A DNA stretch of 53,636 bases from an uncultured Bacteroidales bacterium (GTDB lineage: Bacteria; Bacteroidota; Bacteroidia; Bacteroidales; UBA3663), in assembly GCA_902776605.1 (NCBI GenBank), contig CACYQQ010000002.1:1-53636 (forward strand). The letters run 5' to 3'. Below, piece by piece: positions 1 to 8,392 of the stretch. Below the pieces are notes generated by a model. It saw only the letters and a program-made list of their open reading frames with translations. It did no database searches and had not been told where the DNA came from. The stretch's first letter is position 1, and each line of letters begins with the position of its first letter. The position numbers and the translations under genes were made by a program.

Positions 1-1643
1 AAGGTGAGCACGGCATGGAACGAGCAGAGGATACCGATGGTGAAGAAGGCATTGATGAGCAAACAGCAGTCGGCTACGAAACCTGCCTTGAAACCATAGA
101 AGCCAATCATGTAGATGAAAAGGAGAATCAAGGCGATAGCAAACGAAATGATGCTGTCCTCGATAGCCTCCTGACCAAGAGAAGGACCTACAACATCCTC
201 GCTGACGATATTGACAGCAGCAGCCATCTTACCTGAGTTGAGGACGTTAGCCAAGTCGGTTGCCTCCTCCAGAGTGAAGTTACCCGTGATGTTGGAACGA
301 CCACCGTCAATCTGTGAGTTGACACGTGGAGCAGAGTAAACAACGCCGTCCAATACGATAGCCACACACTTACCGATGTTGTCGCCAGTAATCTTCGACC
401 ACTCGGCAGCAGCCTCTGGAGTCATGGTCATGTTCACCTCGTACTGACCAGACAACTGCTGGTACTCGTGGTTGGCATCGATAATCATATCACTGCCAAT
501 GGTAGCGTCAGAGAGGCGAGGCATGGCATTGTCGTTGCCCCTACCCTTGAGGGCATAAAGCGTTACGTAGTTGTCCTTCTTGCCACCCTGTGGGTCGAAA
601 GGCTTGACATCCCAAGCCCAAGCAAGACGACGTGGGAAACGTGACTTCTGGTCGGCCAACATCTTGTTGATGGCAGCTGTATCGTTGACATGAGCGAAAC
701 CTACACCACCGAAACCAGGGGTTGGCTGGAACTTGCTGAAGAGAGGACCATTGTCGGCAGCGGCAGTGGTGTCGGCCTCGTTGACAGCAGCAATCAGCGA
801 GTCGGCAGACGACTCAGCTGGCTTAGCCTCAGCCTCTGGTGCAGCCGACTCAGACTCGCTGGCAGCGGTCTTGGCAGCAACGGCGAGGTGCTGGTTAGCC
901 TCGGCGAGGTAGTTGAATACCTCATCGGCCTGATAGGTCTCCCAGAACTCCAGGTTAGCAGAACCCTGCAAGAGTTTCTTGACACGCTCTGGCTCCTTGA
1001 CACCTGGCAACTCGACCAGGATACGGCCAGCCTGCTCCAACTGCTGAATGTTAGGAGCAACAACGCCGAAGCGGTCAATACGGTTGCGGAGGACGTTGAA
1101 TGAGTTGGCCAAAGCGGAACTCATCTCACGCTTGATGATAGCAAGAACCTCTGAGTCAGGAGTATCTTTCTTGATTTTATCTTTCAGCTGATAGGTGCTG
1201 AAGACCTTAGCCAGACGGGCGTTAGGATTGACGGCACGGAAATTAGCTGCGAAAGCGTCCAGAAACTCGTCACCACTGATGGCTTCACCAGCCTGGGTCT
1301 TTTCGATAGCCTCGACGAAGGTTGGGTCGTCGGCATTCTCGGCAGCAAGTGCCTTGAGCACGTCCGAAACGGAAATTTCGAGAATGACATTCATACCGCC
1401 CTTCAGGTCCAGACCGAGACCAATCTGTTTCTCCTGGGCTTGCTTGTAAGTATCGCCGGCCCAAGTCCAGTTCTCGGTAAGTGAGTCAAGGTAATACTTT
1501 TCCAAAGTCTCATTGCCTGCAGCCTGTGCCAGTTGCTTGGCCTCGTTCTCTACTCCACGCACAGCGAAAGAGAAGGAAATCTGGTAGCAGCAAACCAGTG
1601 CAAGCAGCAGCGCGAACACGGATACAAATCCTTTGTTTTGCAT
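1..1643 (-). CDS. secDF: Protein-export membrane protein SecDF (fused SecD/SecF), first ~547 codons; the C-terminus runs off the left edge of the window
   Basis: Missing from the supplied ORF track because it has no in-window stop. The reverse-strand ATG at 1643-1641 opens MQNKGFVSVFALLLALVCCYQISF (signal anchor). SecD-like motifs follow: GLDLKGGMNVILEI, NVLRNRIDRFGVVAPNIQQ, RILVELPGVKEPERVKKLLQGSANLEFWE, VAIVLDGVVYSAPRVNSQIDGG. The frame stays open to position 1. The + strand ORFs listed here (690..1103, 1195..1449) are shadows. Confidence 0.9.
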   Translation of the reverse strand, partial: MQNKGFVSVFALLLALVCCYQISFSFAVRGVENEAKQLAQAAGNETLEKYYLDSLTENWTWAGDTYKQAQEKQIGLGLDLKGGMNVILEISVSDVLKALAAENADDPTFVEAIEKTQAGEAISGDEFLDAFAANFRAVNPNARLAKVFSTYQLKDKIKKDTPDSEVLAIIKREMSSALANSFNVLRNRIDRFGVVAPNIQQLEQAGRILVELPGVKEPERVKKLLQGSANLEFWETYQADEVFNYLAEANQHLAVAAKTAASESESAAPEAEAKPAESSADSLIAAVNEADTTAAADNGPLFSKFQPTPGFGGVGFAHVNDTAAINKMLADQKSRFPRRLAWAWDVKPFDPQGGKKDNYVTLYALKGRGNDNAMPRLSDATIGSDMIIDANHEYQQLSGQYEVNMTMTPEAAAEWSKITGDNIGKCVAIVLDGVVYSAPRVNSQIDGGRSNITGNFTLEEATDLANVLNSGKMAAAVNIVSEDVVGPSLGQEAIEDSIISFAIALILLFIYMIGFYGFKAGFVADCCLLINAFFTIGILCSFHAVLT

Positions 1644-1695
1644 TGTTGTTGTTTTATTTATTGTTAATTTATTAATAATTTGCGTATTCAAGCGG

Positions 1696-1703
1696 CAAAG
1701 ATA
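1696..1703 (-). promoter_or_regulatory. Bacteroidota -7 promoter box TATCTTTG (followed by CCGC) upstream of secDF
   Basis: The reverse complement of caaagata at 1696-1703 is TATCTTTG, matching the TAnnTTTG consensus, 53 nt upstream of the secDF ATG. Confidence 0.5.
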
Positions 1704-1799
1704 GCAAAAAATTCAATAAACTCGACAAAAAAGAGTGAAAAAAGTAAATTTCAATATAAAAATAGGAGAATATTATTAAAATTTGTGTATCTTCGCGCC

Positions 1800-3701
1800 A
1801 TGTTTATGTCAAAAGTAAGACAAATATCGTTATTTTCAAGCCTAATGACAGCCCTCACATCTGTGTATTTTGTGGGGTGCGCAAGCATTGGTTCACCGGG
1901 TGGAGGCCTCTACGACGAGACCCCTCCCGTGCTGCGTAATTCGGAGCCCGGCGAAGGGGCTACCCGAGTGAAAAAACAGAAGATTACGATGCACTTTGAC
2001 GAGAACATCAAGTTGAACAATGCCCTCGAAAAACTGACGGTTTCGCCTCCGCAGGAGAAGTCGCCCATCATCCTGAGCAATGCCAAGACGCTCACCATCG
2101 AACTGCAAGATTCCCTCCGCCCCAACACCACCTACAGCATCGACCTGGGCGATGCCGTGCAGGACAACAACGAGGGCAATCCGATGGAGAGTCTCTCGCT
2201 GCTTTTCTCGACGGGCGATGTAATTGATTCCCTGCAAATTAGCGGCTATCTGCTGAACGCCGAAGACCTGGAACCCATCACGGGTGCCTATGTCGGCATC
2301 TACACCGAAGAGGGTAACTCGTTGGGCGACAGCATCTTCCTGCAACGTCCCATGGAGCGTGCCGGCAAGACCGATGCCTTCGGCGCCTTCCACATACTGG
2401 GCTGTGCGCCAGGCCGTTACCGTCTCTATGCCTTGACCGACGAGAACACCAATTTCCGCTACGACCTCACGTCGGAGAATATCGCTTTTCTGGACAGTCT
2501 CATCTCCCCTTCGGCCGACTCGATGCAGGTATTGATGTTGGCGTTCAACGAAGGCAAAGTGAACCGCTATTTGGACAATTGCGTGCGCCGCGATTCGGTG
2601 CACATCGACATCCGTTTTTCGGCTCGGATGGACTCGCTGCCACAACTCTCTTTCATCGATTCGGAGGGTCTCTCCGTGCAGGCCGACAGTCTGCTCATAC
2701 CCGAAATCAATCCCACCCAAGACACGCTGACTTACTGGATTCGCGACAGTCTGTACTACAAGAGCGACACCTTGCTCCTGTCGCTCACCTATATGTTTAC
2801 CGACACGACGGGGTTCGACATCCCGCGCACCGACACCATCCCCCTCTACAAACCTATCCAACGTGCCTCAGCGGCCAAGAAGGATAACAAAAAAGAGGAA
2901 AAGAAAGGTGGCTTGAAACGCCTGTTGCGCAAGAAGGAAGAGAACAAGAACGACTCGATTGAGGCACCCTCCGTGACCTACATCACCTTGCACCAGATTT
3001 CGGGCCAGTCCTTGAACATCGGCGACAAACCCCGCTTCGAAGTATCCTCACCCCTGGATTCCATCCACTTGGAGGGTCTGCACCTGCAATTCAAACAGGA
3101 CACCGTCTGGAAAGACTTGAACCTGGAATGGGTGCCCGACTCGCTGCATCCGCGCCGATACACCTTGTTGGCGCGTCCTCGTTATACGCCTGGTACCGCC
3201 TACCAACTGGTGGTCGATTCGGCTGCGATGTTCGACATCTACGGCAATCCCAACGACCGTACCGTCCTGGGATTCAAGGAGAAAACCAACGAGGAGTATG
3301 CTCACTTGCTCTTCACCATCGAGGGCATCGACGAACCCGCCTTCGTCGAACTCCTCAGCGCCAAGGATAAACCCGTACAGAGTGCTCCCGTCAAAGAGCA
3401 CCAAGCCAAATTCGTACACGTCGTGCCAGGCAAATACTTTGCCCGCCTCGTGATTGACAAGAACCAGAACGGTCAGTTCGATGCCGGTAACCTCTGGGAA
3501 CACCGTCATGCCGAACCGGTCTATTACCTCAACGCTCCTCTCACCCTACGCGCCAACTGGACCATCCAACAGAACTGGAACCCCACCGAACTGCCGCTCC
3601 TGAAGCAGAAGCCCGAAGAGGTTAAAGTCAACAAACCCAAGGAGAAACGCGAAAAGGTGAGCAAGAACGAGGAATACCTGCGCAAGCATCCGAAAAAGTG
3701 A
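1800..3701 (+). CDS. Lipoprotein with Ig-like (Big_5/SbsA-type) domain, function unknown
   Basis: Long ORF. I prefer the in-frame ATG at 1800 (MFMSKVRQISLFSSLMTALTSVYFVGC, a lipobox) over the TTG at 1680 used by the track. The C-terminus is K/E-rich. The family assignment is by recollection only. Confidence 0.7.
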   Translation: MFMSKVRQISLFSSLMTALTSVYFVGCASIGSPGGGLYDETPPVLRNSEPGEGATRVKKQKITMHFDENIKLNNALEKLTVSPPQEKSPIILSNAKTLTIELQDSLRPNTTYSIDLGDAVQDNNEGNPMESLSLLFSTGDVIDSLQISGYLLNAEDLEPITGAYVGIYTEEGNSLGDSIFLQRPMERAGKTDAFGAFHILGCAPGRYRLYALTDENTNFRYDLTSENIAFLDSLISPSADSMQVLMLAFNEGKVNRYLDNCVRRDSVHIDIRFSARMDSLPQLSFIDSEGLSVQADSLLIPEINPTQDTLTYWIRDSLYYKSDTLLLSLTYMFTDTTGFDIPRTDTIPLYKPIQRASAAKKDNKKEEKKGGLKRLLRKKEENKNDSIEAPSVTYITLHQISGQSLNIGDKPRFEVSSPLDSIHLEGLHLQFKQDTVWKDLNLEWVPDSLHPRRYTLLARPRYTPGTAYQLVVDSAAMFDIYGNPNDRTVLGFKEKTNEEYAHLLFTIEGIDEPAFVELLSAKDKPVQSAPVKEHQAKFVHVVPGKYFARLVIDKNQNGQFDAGNLWEHRHAEPVYYLNAPLTLRANWTIQQNWNPTELPLLKQKPEEVKVNKPKEKREKVSKNEEYLRKHPKK

Positions 3702-3707
3702 GGAGGG

Positions 3708-3741
3708 GGACTCTCCCCGACCCTCCCTAAGAGGGAGGGAG
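3708..3741 (+). repeat. H element copy 1: GGACTCTCCCCGACCCTCCCTAAGAGGGAGGGAG hairpin module
   Basis: CCCTCCC/GGGAGGG 7-bp stem with a 5-nt loop. It starts 6 nt after the TGA stop at 3699-3701. Near-identical copies lie at 34653, 40127 and 42608. Confidence 0.85.
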
Positions 3742-3793
3742 ATATAATATTTTGTTGGAGCGTGTCCAAATTTCCCATTCCTCCCATTAGTCT

Positions 3794-3849
3794 GTTAACC
3801 CCTAACCGTTAACCCTTAACCGTTAACCCATAACCGCTAACCCTTAAAC
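3794..3849. repeat. Tandem heptad stutter TAACCNN (about 7 units)
   Basis: gttaacccctaaccgttaacccttaaccgttaacccataaccgctaaccctt. The same word family occurs at 4761-4813 and, inverted, at 13017-13047. Confidence 0.85.
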
Positions 3850-3854
3850 AATAT

Positions 3855-4679
3855 ATGAACAAGATATTTAGTATCGCCATAGGCCTCTTTTTGTTGACAA
3901 GCAACGCCACAGACGTGCTTGCCATCGAACCAGCCAAGAGTGCCAAAAAGCTGGAATCGCTGACCTACAATGCCTATTGGCACTGGGGCTTCATCTGGAA
4001 ACTGGCAGGTAGCGGCACACTCAACCTCTGGGAGGAACAGGTGAACGACAACACCACCCGCTTCCATGGTCAGTTGTGTGGCCGTTCCAGAAGCATCGTC
4101 GAATCCATCATGAAGGTGCGCGACACCCTGGACTGCTACTACACGCCGGAACTTATTCCCCTGGAATACTGCAAGAAAACCAACGAGGGCAATTACCACG
4201 CCATCGAACGCAACTACTATCACAGCTTCGCCGACGGCACCTTGCAACGCGATGCCTATCGCTTGAATCGCGAGGACGTTGACAGCACCTCCATCGACGT
4301 CTATCGCTGGCGCATCAAGAAAGGCGACGACCGCAAGAAACTCAAGAATGACGGCGTCGGCTTCGACATGCTCTCCATCTTCTACGAACTCCGCAACATC
4401 GACTACTCCAAGTTGCGTCCGGGTCAGAAATTGGAATATCACATCACCTCGGGCATCAAGAACCGCGGTCTGCATGTCAAGTACAAAGGACGGGAGACCT
4501 GCACCCTCAAGAACGGTCGAAAATATCCCGCCTATCTGGTCGAACTCACTTTCTCGACCAAGGACAGCGACAGCACTCCCCTCCAAGCCTGGCTCTCGAC
4601 CGACCCCGACCATCGCCCTCTCAGTGTAGTCATCAACCTGAAGCGCATCGGCGCCGTGCAGGGCGAGATTGTGGAGTAG
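3855..4679 (+). CDS. DUF3108-like secreted protein
   Basis: Signal peptide MNKIFSIAIGLFLLTSNATDVLA. The YNAYWHWGFIWKLAGSGTL start is typical of DUF3108 as I recall it. Confidence 0.65.
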   Translation: MNKIFSIAIGLFLLTSNATDVLAIEPAKSAKKLESLTYNAYWHWGFIWKLAGSGTLNLWEEQVNDNTTRFHGQLCGRSRSIVESIMKVRDTLDCYYTPELIPLEYCKKTNEGNYHAIERNYYHSFADGTLQRDAYRLNREDVDSTSIDVYRWRIKKGDDRKKLKNDGVGFDMLSIFYELRNIDYSKLRPGQKLEYHITSGIKNRGLHVKYKGRETCTLKNGRKYPAYLVELTFSTKDSDSTPLQAWLSTDPDHRPLSVVINLKRIGAVQGEIVE

Positions 4680-4701
4680 AAAACCCCTCACCCCATATTT
4701 T

Positions 4702-4813
4702 CCATAGTCACTATAGTTCCTATATTTCCTATAGTATCTATAGTTTCTATAGTCACTATCACCGTTAACCCCTAACCGTTAACCCTTAAACGTTAACCCC
4801 TAACCGTTAACCA
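4702..4813. repeat. Composite stutter array: CTATAGTNN nonamers (4702-4760) followed by TAACCNN heptads (4761-4813)
   Basis: ccatagtcactatagttcctatatttcctatagtatctatagtttctatagtcactatc, then accgttaacccctaaccgttaacccttaaacgttaacccctaaccgttaacc. It fills most of the spacer between the DUF3108 gene and yigZ. Confidence 0.85.
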
Positions 4814-4825
4814 TTTAAAAAGTCC

Positions 4826-5422
4826 TTGGACACCTACCTCACCATAGCTGCACCCTCCGAAGGACTGTACAAGGAGAAAATGAGCAAGTTTCTGGCCTTT
4901 GCCGAACCTTGCCGCACCACCGAACAGGCCAAGGAGATTGTGACGCGCTACAAGAAAGAGTATTTCGATGCGCGCCACGTCTGTTGGGCGTATATGATTG
5001 GCGCCGAACGAACCGACTTCCGCAGCAACGACGACGGTGAACCATCGGGCACAGCGGGCAAACCTATCTTAGGGCAAATCAACAGCTTCAATCTCACCGA
5101 CTTATGCGTCATCGTGGTCCGTTACTTCGGTGGCATCAAGTTAGGCACCAGCGGACTCATCGAGGCCTACCGCACGGCGGCTCAGGAGGCTCTCAATGCC
5201 GCCACCATTGAGGAGAAAATCATCGAAGAAACCATTACCGTCCACTTCCAATACCCCCTGATGGGCGACGTCATGCGCATTGTCAAAGAGGAGAATGCCA
5301 CCGTCCTGAGTCAAGACTTTGTCGAGGACTGCCGCCTCACCCTCAGCCTCCGCAAGAACCAGATGCCGCGTATGCGCTCCCGCTTTGAAAACACGTTCGG
5401 CGTCAGCATATTGGATAAATGA
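4826..5422 (+). CDS. yigZ: YigZ / IMPACT-family (UPF0029) protein
   Basis: TTG start at 4826. The N-terminus DTYLTIAAPSEGLYKEKMSKFLAFA, then DARHVCWAYMIG and RYFGGIKLGTSGL, match the family, so the residues before the first ATG look genuine. Confidence 0.8.
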   Translation: MDTYLTIAAPSEGLYKEKMSKFLAFAEPCRTTEQAKEIVTRYKKEYFDARHVCWAYMIGAERTDFRSNDDGEPSGTAGKPILGQINSFNLTDLCVIVVRYFGGIKLGTSGLIEAYRTAAQEALNAATIEEKIIEETITVHFQYPLMGDVMRIVKEENATVLSQDFVEDCRLTLSLRKNQMPRMRSRFENTFGVSILDK

Positions 5423-5539
5423 AAGACAAACTTTAGTTTAAGCTAAAGGGCGCAGTTGCGCCGCTAAGATAATTCCAGTTAACTCCTTCAAACGAGCAAG
5501 TAATACATCAACCTTATAAACAACAAATTATCTATCACA

Positions 5540-6721
5540 ATGAAAAATTTTATCCTATCCTTCTTCCTCCTTGCCAGCAGCGCAGTCTGCATGGCACAAA
5601 TCAATTTGCGTGAGGGCATCGTCATTACCCTACAAGGAGACACTTTGCATGGCTCTATTGACTACCGCACCGACCAATTGAACGCGGAGCAATGCTTGTT
5701 CTTCCCCGACAGGAAAAATGAGTCAGTCACTTACAAACCTGGAGACATTGCAGGCTACCGTTTCTTGGACAATGGCCGCTATTATGTCAGCAGAGTGGTC
5801 GAAATCGAAGAAAACAAACAAAAGAACGTCTTCCTGGAATATGTGGTACGCGGAAATCTCAGCCTCTACTATTTGGATCACCCCGCCATAGTAGATAAAC
5901 TATACTTCTTGGAGGACGAAACTGGCAAAATGGTTAAGTTTAGATACTTAGGGATGGATCAAAAGCATTCCCTCCGTAACAAAAATTTGACCGATGCCTT
6001 TATGATGACCCGAAAGAGCGAGAAGGCTCAACAGATATTGTGGAGAAAAGAACCGAACAGAATTAACACCACAAAGGCCGTACTCACCTACAACAAAGAG
6101 GTGTGTCCCGATGGACAATGTGAAGTCATGGAGTACAAGAAGAAGAGGAAACCCTCCGAGGACAACATGTTCAAATTCGGCTTCAAGGCTGGTTATGCTA
6201 CTTACAACATGAAAGTAGGACGCGATTATGTTGTTGACAAATATAACGCTGGGGCACATTTTGCCGACTTTAAATTGCCTTACCTTTCAGTGGGTTGCGT
6301 CTATTACATCTCCCGACTTGCCAAAAACTTCTTTGGTGAGGCATTCCTCGCCTACTACCATTTTTCAGGCACGTACATTTACGATGATGGGTACACAAAA
6401 CCAAATACTATCTTCAAATATAAAGAAACCGACTTGACAGGCAAAATCGGCTTCGGCTATCATTGGAAGAACATCAACTATGTTCAACCACGTGTACGAG
6501 GAGGCGCTGCACTCTCATTTTTATGGGGTGATTGTGTCAAAGAAAATATGTCATTTTGTGATAATATAAAATGTACGCTTCATCCTGGCTATTATGCAGG
6601 AGCAGGAGTCTTGTTCCCTATCGGGAAGCATGCCATCACGCTGGACGTAGATTATAATTTATCCGACTATTACAAATCAAACATCAAACGAACCATTTTC
6701 GCCATTGGCTATCAATTCTAA
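5540..6721 (+). CDS. Putative outer-membrane protein, tandem paralog 1 (conserved N-domain, beta-barrel-like C-terminus ending IGYQF)
   Basis: Signal peptide MKNFILSFFLLASSAVCMAQ, 393 aa, C-terminal aromatic residue. It is a paralog of the next gene. Confidence 0.7.
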   Translation: MKNFILSFFLLASSAVCMAQINLREGIVITLQGDTLHGSIDYRTDQLNAEQCLFFPDRKNESVTYKPGDIAGYRFLDNGRYYVSRVVEIEENKQKNVFLEYVVRGNLSLYYLDHPAIVDKLYFLEDETGKMVKFRYLGMDQKHSLRNKNLTDAFMMTRKSEKAQQILWRKEPNRINTTKAVLTYNKEVCPDGQCEVMEYKKKRKPSEDNMFKFGFKAGYATYNMKVGRDYVVDKYNAGAHFADFKLPYLSVGCVYYISRLAKNFFGEAFLAYYHFSGTYIYDDGYTKPNTIFKYKETDLTGKIGFGYHWKNINYVQPRVRGGAALSFLWGDCVKENMSFCDNIKCTLHPGYYAGAGVLFPIGKHAITLDVDYNLSDYYKSNIKRTIFAIGYQF

Positions 6722-6724
6722 CGT

Positions 6725-7906
6725 ATGAAAAACTTATTTCTTACCCTTATCCTCCTTGCCAGCAGCGCCGTCTGCATGGCACAAATCAATTTGCGTGAGG
6801 GCATCGTCATTACCTTGTCGGGCGACACGTTACACGGTTCTATCGATTACCGCACCGACCAAATGAACGCGGAGCAATGTCTGTTCGTCCCCGATGGGAA
6901 AAGTGAGTCAGTCACTTACAAACCGGGAGAAATTGCAGGCTATCGCTTCTTGGACAATGGTCGACTTTATGTCACCAAGAAAATTAAGGACGATAAAAAC
7001 AATCTGCGCACCTTCTTCTTGGAATATGTAGTACGTGGACAATTGAGCCTCTACAGATTAAGTAGTTCAATCAAAGAAGATACCTACTTGCTCGAAGATG
7101 AAAATGGGCAGTTGGTACAATTCTCGGAAGAAGAGCAACAAATCGATGAACAATTGCATCGAACAAACCTCAAACCTGTTCTTGCCATGACAAGCAAGAG
7201 CCAGAGCACACAAAAAATGTTGTGGAAGCAAGCCGTGAACCGCAAAACGGTCACGAAAGCGGTAGTAAACTACAATAATGAAGTGTGCCCAGATGGTATC
7301 TGCGAGATATTGGAATATAAGAATAAGAAAACTCCTAATTCAGAAAAGTTGTTTCGCCCTACCGTCAAAATTGGAATGGTCAATTCCAACTTGATATCAT
7401 GTGCCTATTCTGATTTATCAAGGAACTATACGATGCAATATTCCGTCGGAGTGGACTACTATGCAGTTCGTCTTTCAAAAGGTCTCTTTGCCTCTTTCGA
7501 CCTCTCTTATTATCAAGCATCGCAAACAGAAAAGAAATATGAATATTATGATCCTCGTTATATAAAGACATTATATGCAAAAGAAGCATACCTGACGGTC
7601 GGCGCCGGATATCAATGGAAACGCTTCCGTTTCCAACCACGCCTGTACGGTGGATATGCTTTCTCCACATGTTGGGTAAAAGAAAAATGCGATTCTAAAG
7701 ACTATGGAACGACAATTGCCGTTCTCCTAAGAGGTTACCACTTCGGAGCTGGAGTTGTGTGCCCAATCAAAAAAGGAGCTATACTAATAGATTGTAAAAG
7801 CAGTGCTACCAGTTTGGGTGATCCATTATGGATGAGTCAAGATGAAGACATAAAGGGTAGTGTTGGTCGTCTGTCTCTCTCCATCGGTTATCAGTTCGGC
7901 TATTGA
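6725..7906 (+). CDS. Putative outer-membrane protein, tandem paralog 2
   Basis: Starts 3 nt after paralog 1 and is also 393 aa. The first ~80 residues are nearly identical to paralog 1 and the rest is divergent. It ends IGYQFGY. Confidence 0.7.
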   Translation: MKNLFLTLILLASSAVCMAQINLREGIVITLSGDTLHGSIDYRTDQMNAEQCLFVPDGKSESVTYKPGEIAGYRFLDNGRLYVTKKIKDDKNNLRTFFLEYVVRGQLSLYRLSSSIKEDTYLLEDENGQLVQFSEEEQQIDEQLHRTNLKPVLAMTSKSQSTQKMLWKQAVNRKTVTKAVVNYNNEVCPDGICEILEYKNKKTPNSEKLFRPTVKIGMVNSNLISCAYSDLSRNYTMQYSVGVDYYAVRLSKGLFASFDLSYYQASQTEKKYEYYDPRYIKTLYAKEAYLTVGAGYQWKRFRFQPRLYGGYAFSTCWVKEKCDSKDYGTTIAVLLRGYHFGAGVVCPIKKGAILIDCKSSATSLGDPLWMSQDEDIKGSVGRLSLSIGYQFGY

Positions 7907-8013
7907 TGTCCGTTTCTGCCGACTCTGTATGTTATTGTCTGTCATTGGAGTGACAATCGGGCCGTTAAAAAAAGAATAGTGGGCAAATACTTGCAATAGT
8001 GCAGTATTTTTTG

Positions 8014-8021
8014 TAAATTTG
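8014..8021 (+). promoter_or_regulatory. Candidate orphan promoter TAAATTTG(CACC) with no ORF downstream
   Basis: Exact TAnnTTTG box. It is immediately followed by a 13-bp-stem hairpin, CCGGCAAATGGAG..CTCCATTTGCCGG, at 8024-8075. Confidence 0.35.
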
Positions 8022-8086
8022 CACCGGCAAATGGAGGGAAGTCTCTTGGGCAACTTTTTCTTCTCCATTTGCCGGTGGTCGTTATG

Positions 8087-8157
8087 ACGTCCTAACGCAG
8101 TTACGTTCTTTTTCCGTTCTTTTTGCTTTCTTTTTCGGTTCTTTTTCGTTCTTTCGG
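8087..8157 (-). repeat. Phased A-tract module, copy 1 (inverted relative to the copies at 36058 and 52232)
   Basis: The reverse complement reads CCGAAAGAACGAAAAAGAACCGAAAAAGAAAGCAAAAAGAACGGAAAAAGAACGTAACTGCGTTAGGACGT. Confidence 0.85.
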
Positions 8158-8234
8158 AAAGACGGGAAAAGGGAGCAACGTCGCCGAAGCAACTCCGAGA
8201 CCTGCCAGATAGTGAATAAGGGCAAAGGCACCAA

Positions 8235-8392
8235 GGCGCAGTTGCGCCGCTAAAAGGCTCTGCGAGCCGCAAAAAGAGCTAAAAGGCGCATTTGCGCCGC
8301 TAAAAGTTCACTTCGTTCACGCTAATGGCCTTCGGCGCTAATAGAGCAAAAGAGCTATCAATTGTCAATTATCAATTATCAATTATTAATTG
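8235..8392. repeat. Mosaic of GGCGCAGTTGCGCCGCTAA hairpin words, a TTAGCG/GCTAA module and a CAATTAT heptad stutter; overlaps the nadK stop
   Basis: GGCGCA(G/T)TTGCGCCGCTAA occurs at 8235 and 8283, and also at 5447. Positions 8300-8345 are the inverted match of 11680-11725 (GCCGAAGGCCATTAGCGTGAACGAAGTGAACTTTTAGCGGC). The caattgtcaattatcaattatcaattattaattg stutter supplies the last codons and the TAA stop of nadK. Confidence 0.8.

Noticed and set aside
1680-1799. TTG start at 1680 for the Ig-like lipoprotein, and the upstream extensions of 34837..36006, 37060..37623, 45987..47063, 8386..9219 and 10096.
   Set aside because: In each case an internal ATG immediately precedes a canonical signal peptide, lipobox or conserved N-terminus. 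The extension also overlaps the promoter box or a neighbouring gene's control region.
3794-3849. Telomere-like CCCTAA/TAACCC repeats suggesting a linear replicon end.
   Set aside because: The arrays are short (7-8 units), internal, flanked by ordinary genes on both sides, and degenerate (TAACCNN). They are just one of many word families.
3794-4813. Possibility that the short tandem arrays are CRISPR arrays.
   Set aside because: The units are 7-11 bp and directly adjacent with no unique spacers. No cas genes are present, and no 24-48-bp repeat with a 30-40-bp spacer periodicity is found anywhere in the window.
7826-8272. K/R/E-rich ORFs over the A-tract modules (7826..8272, 35858..36178, 35982..36188, 52062..52349) and K/T/N-rich ORFs at 32724..33153.
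   Set aside because: They are translations of the AAAAAGAANN and CGAAAAC repeats. They occur in either orientation depending on the module's orientation and have no coding periodicity.
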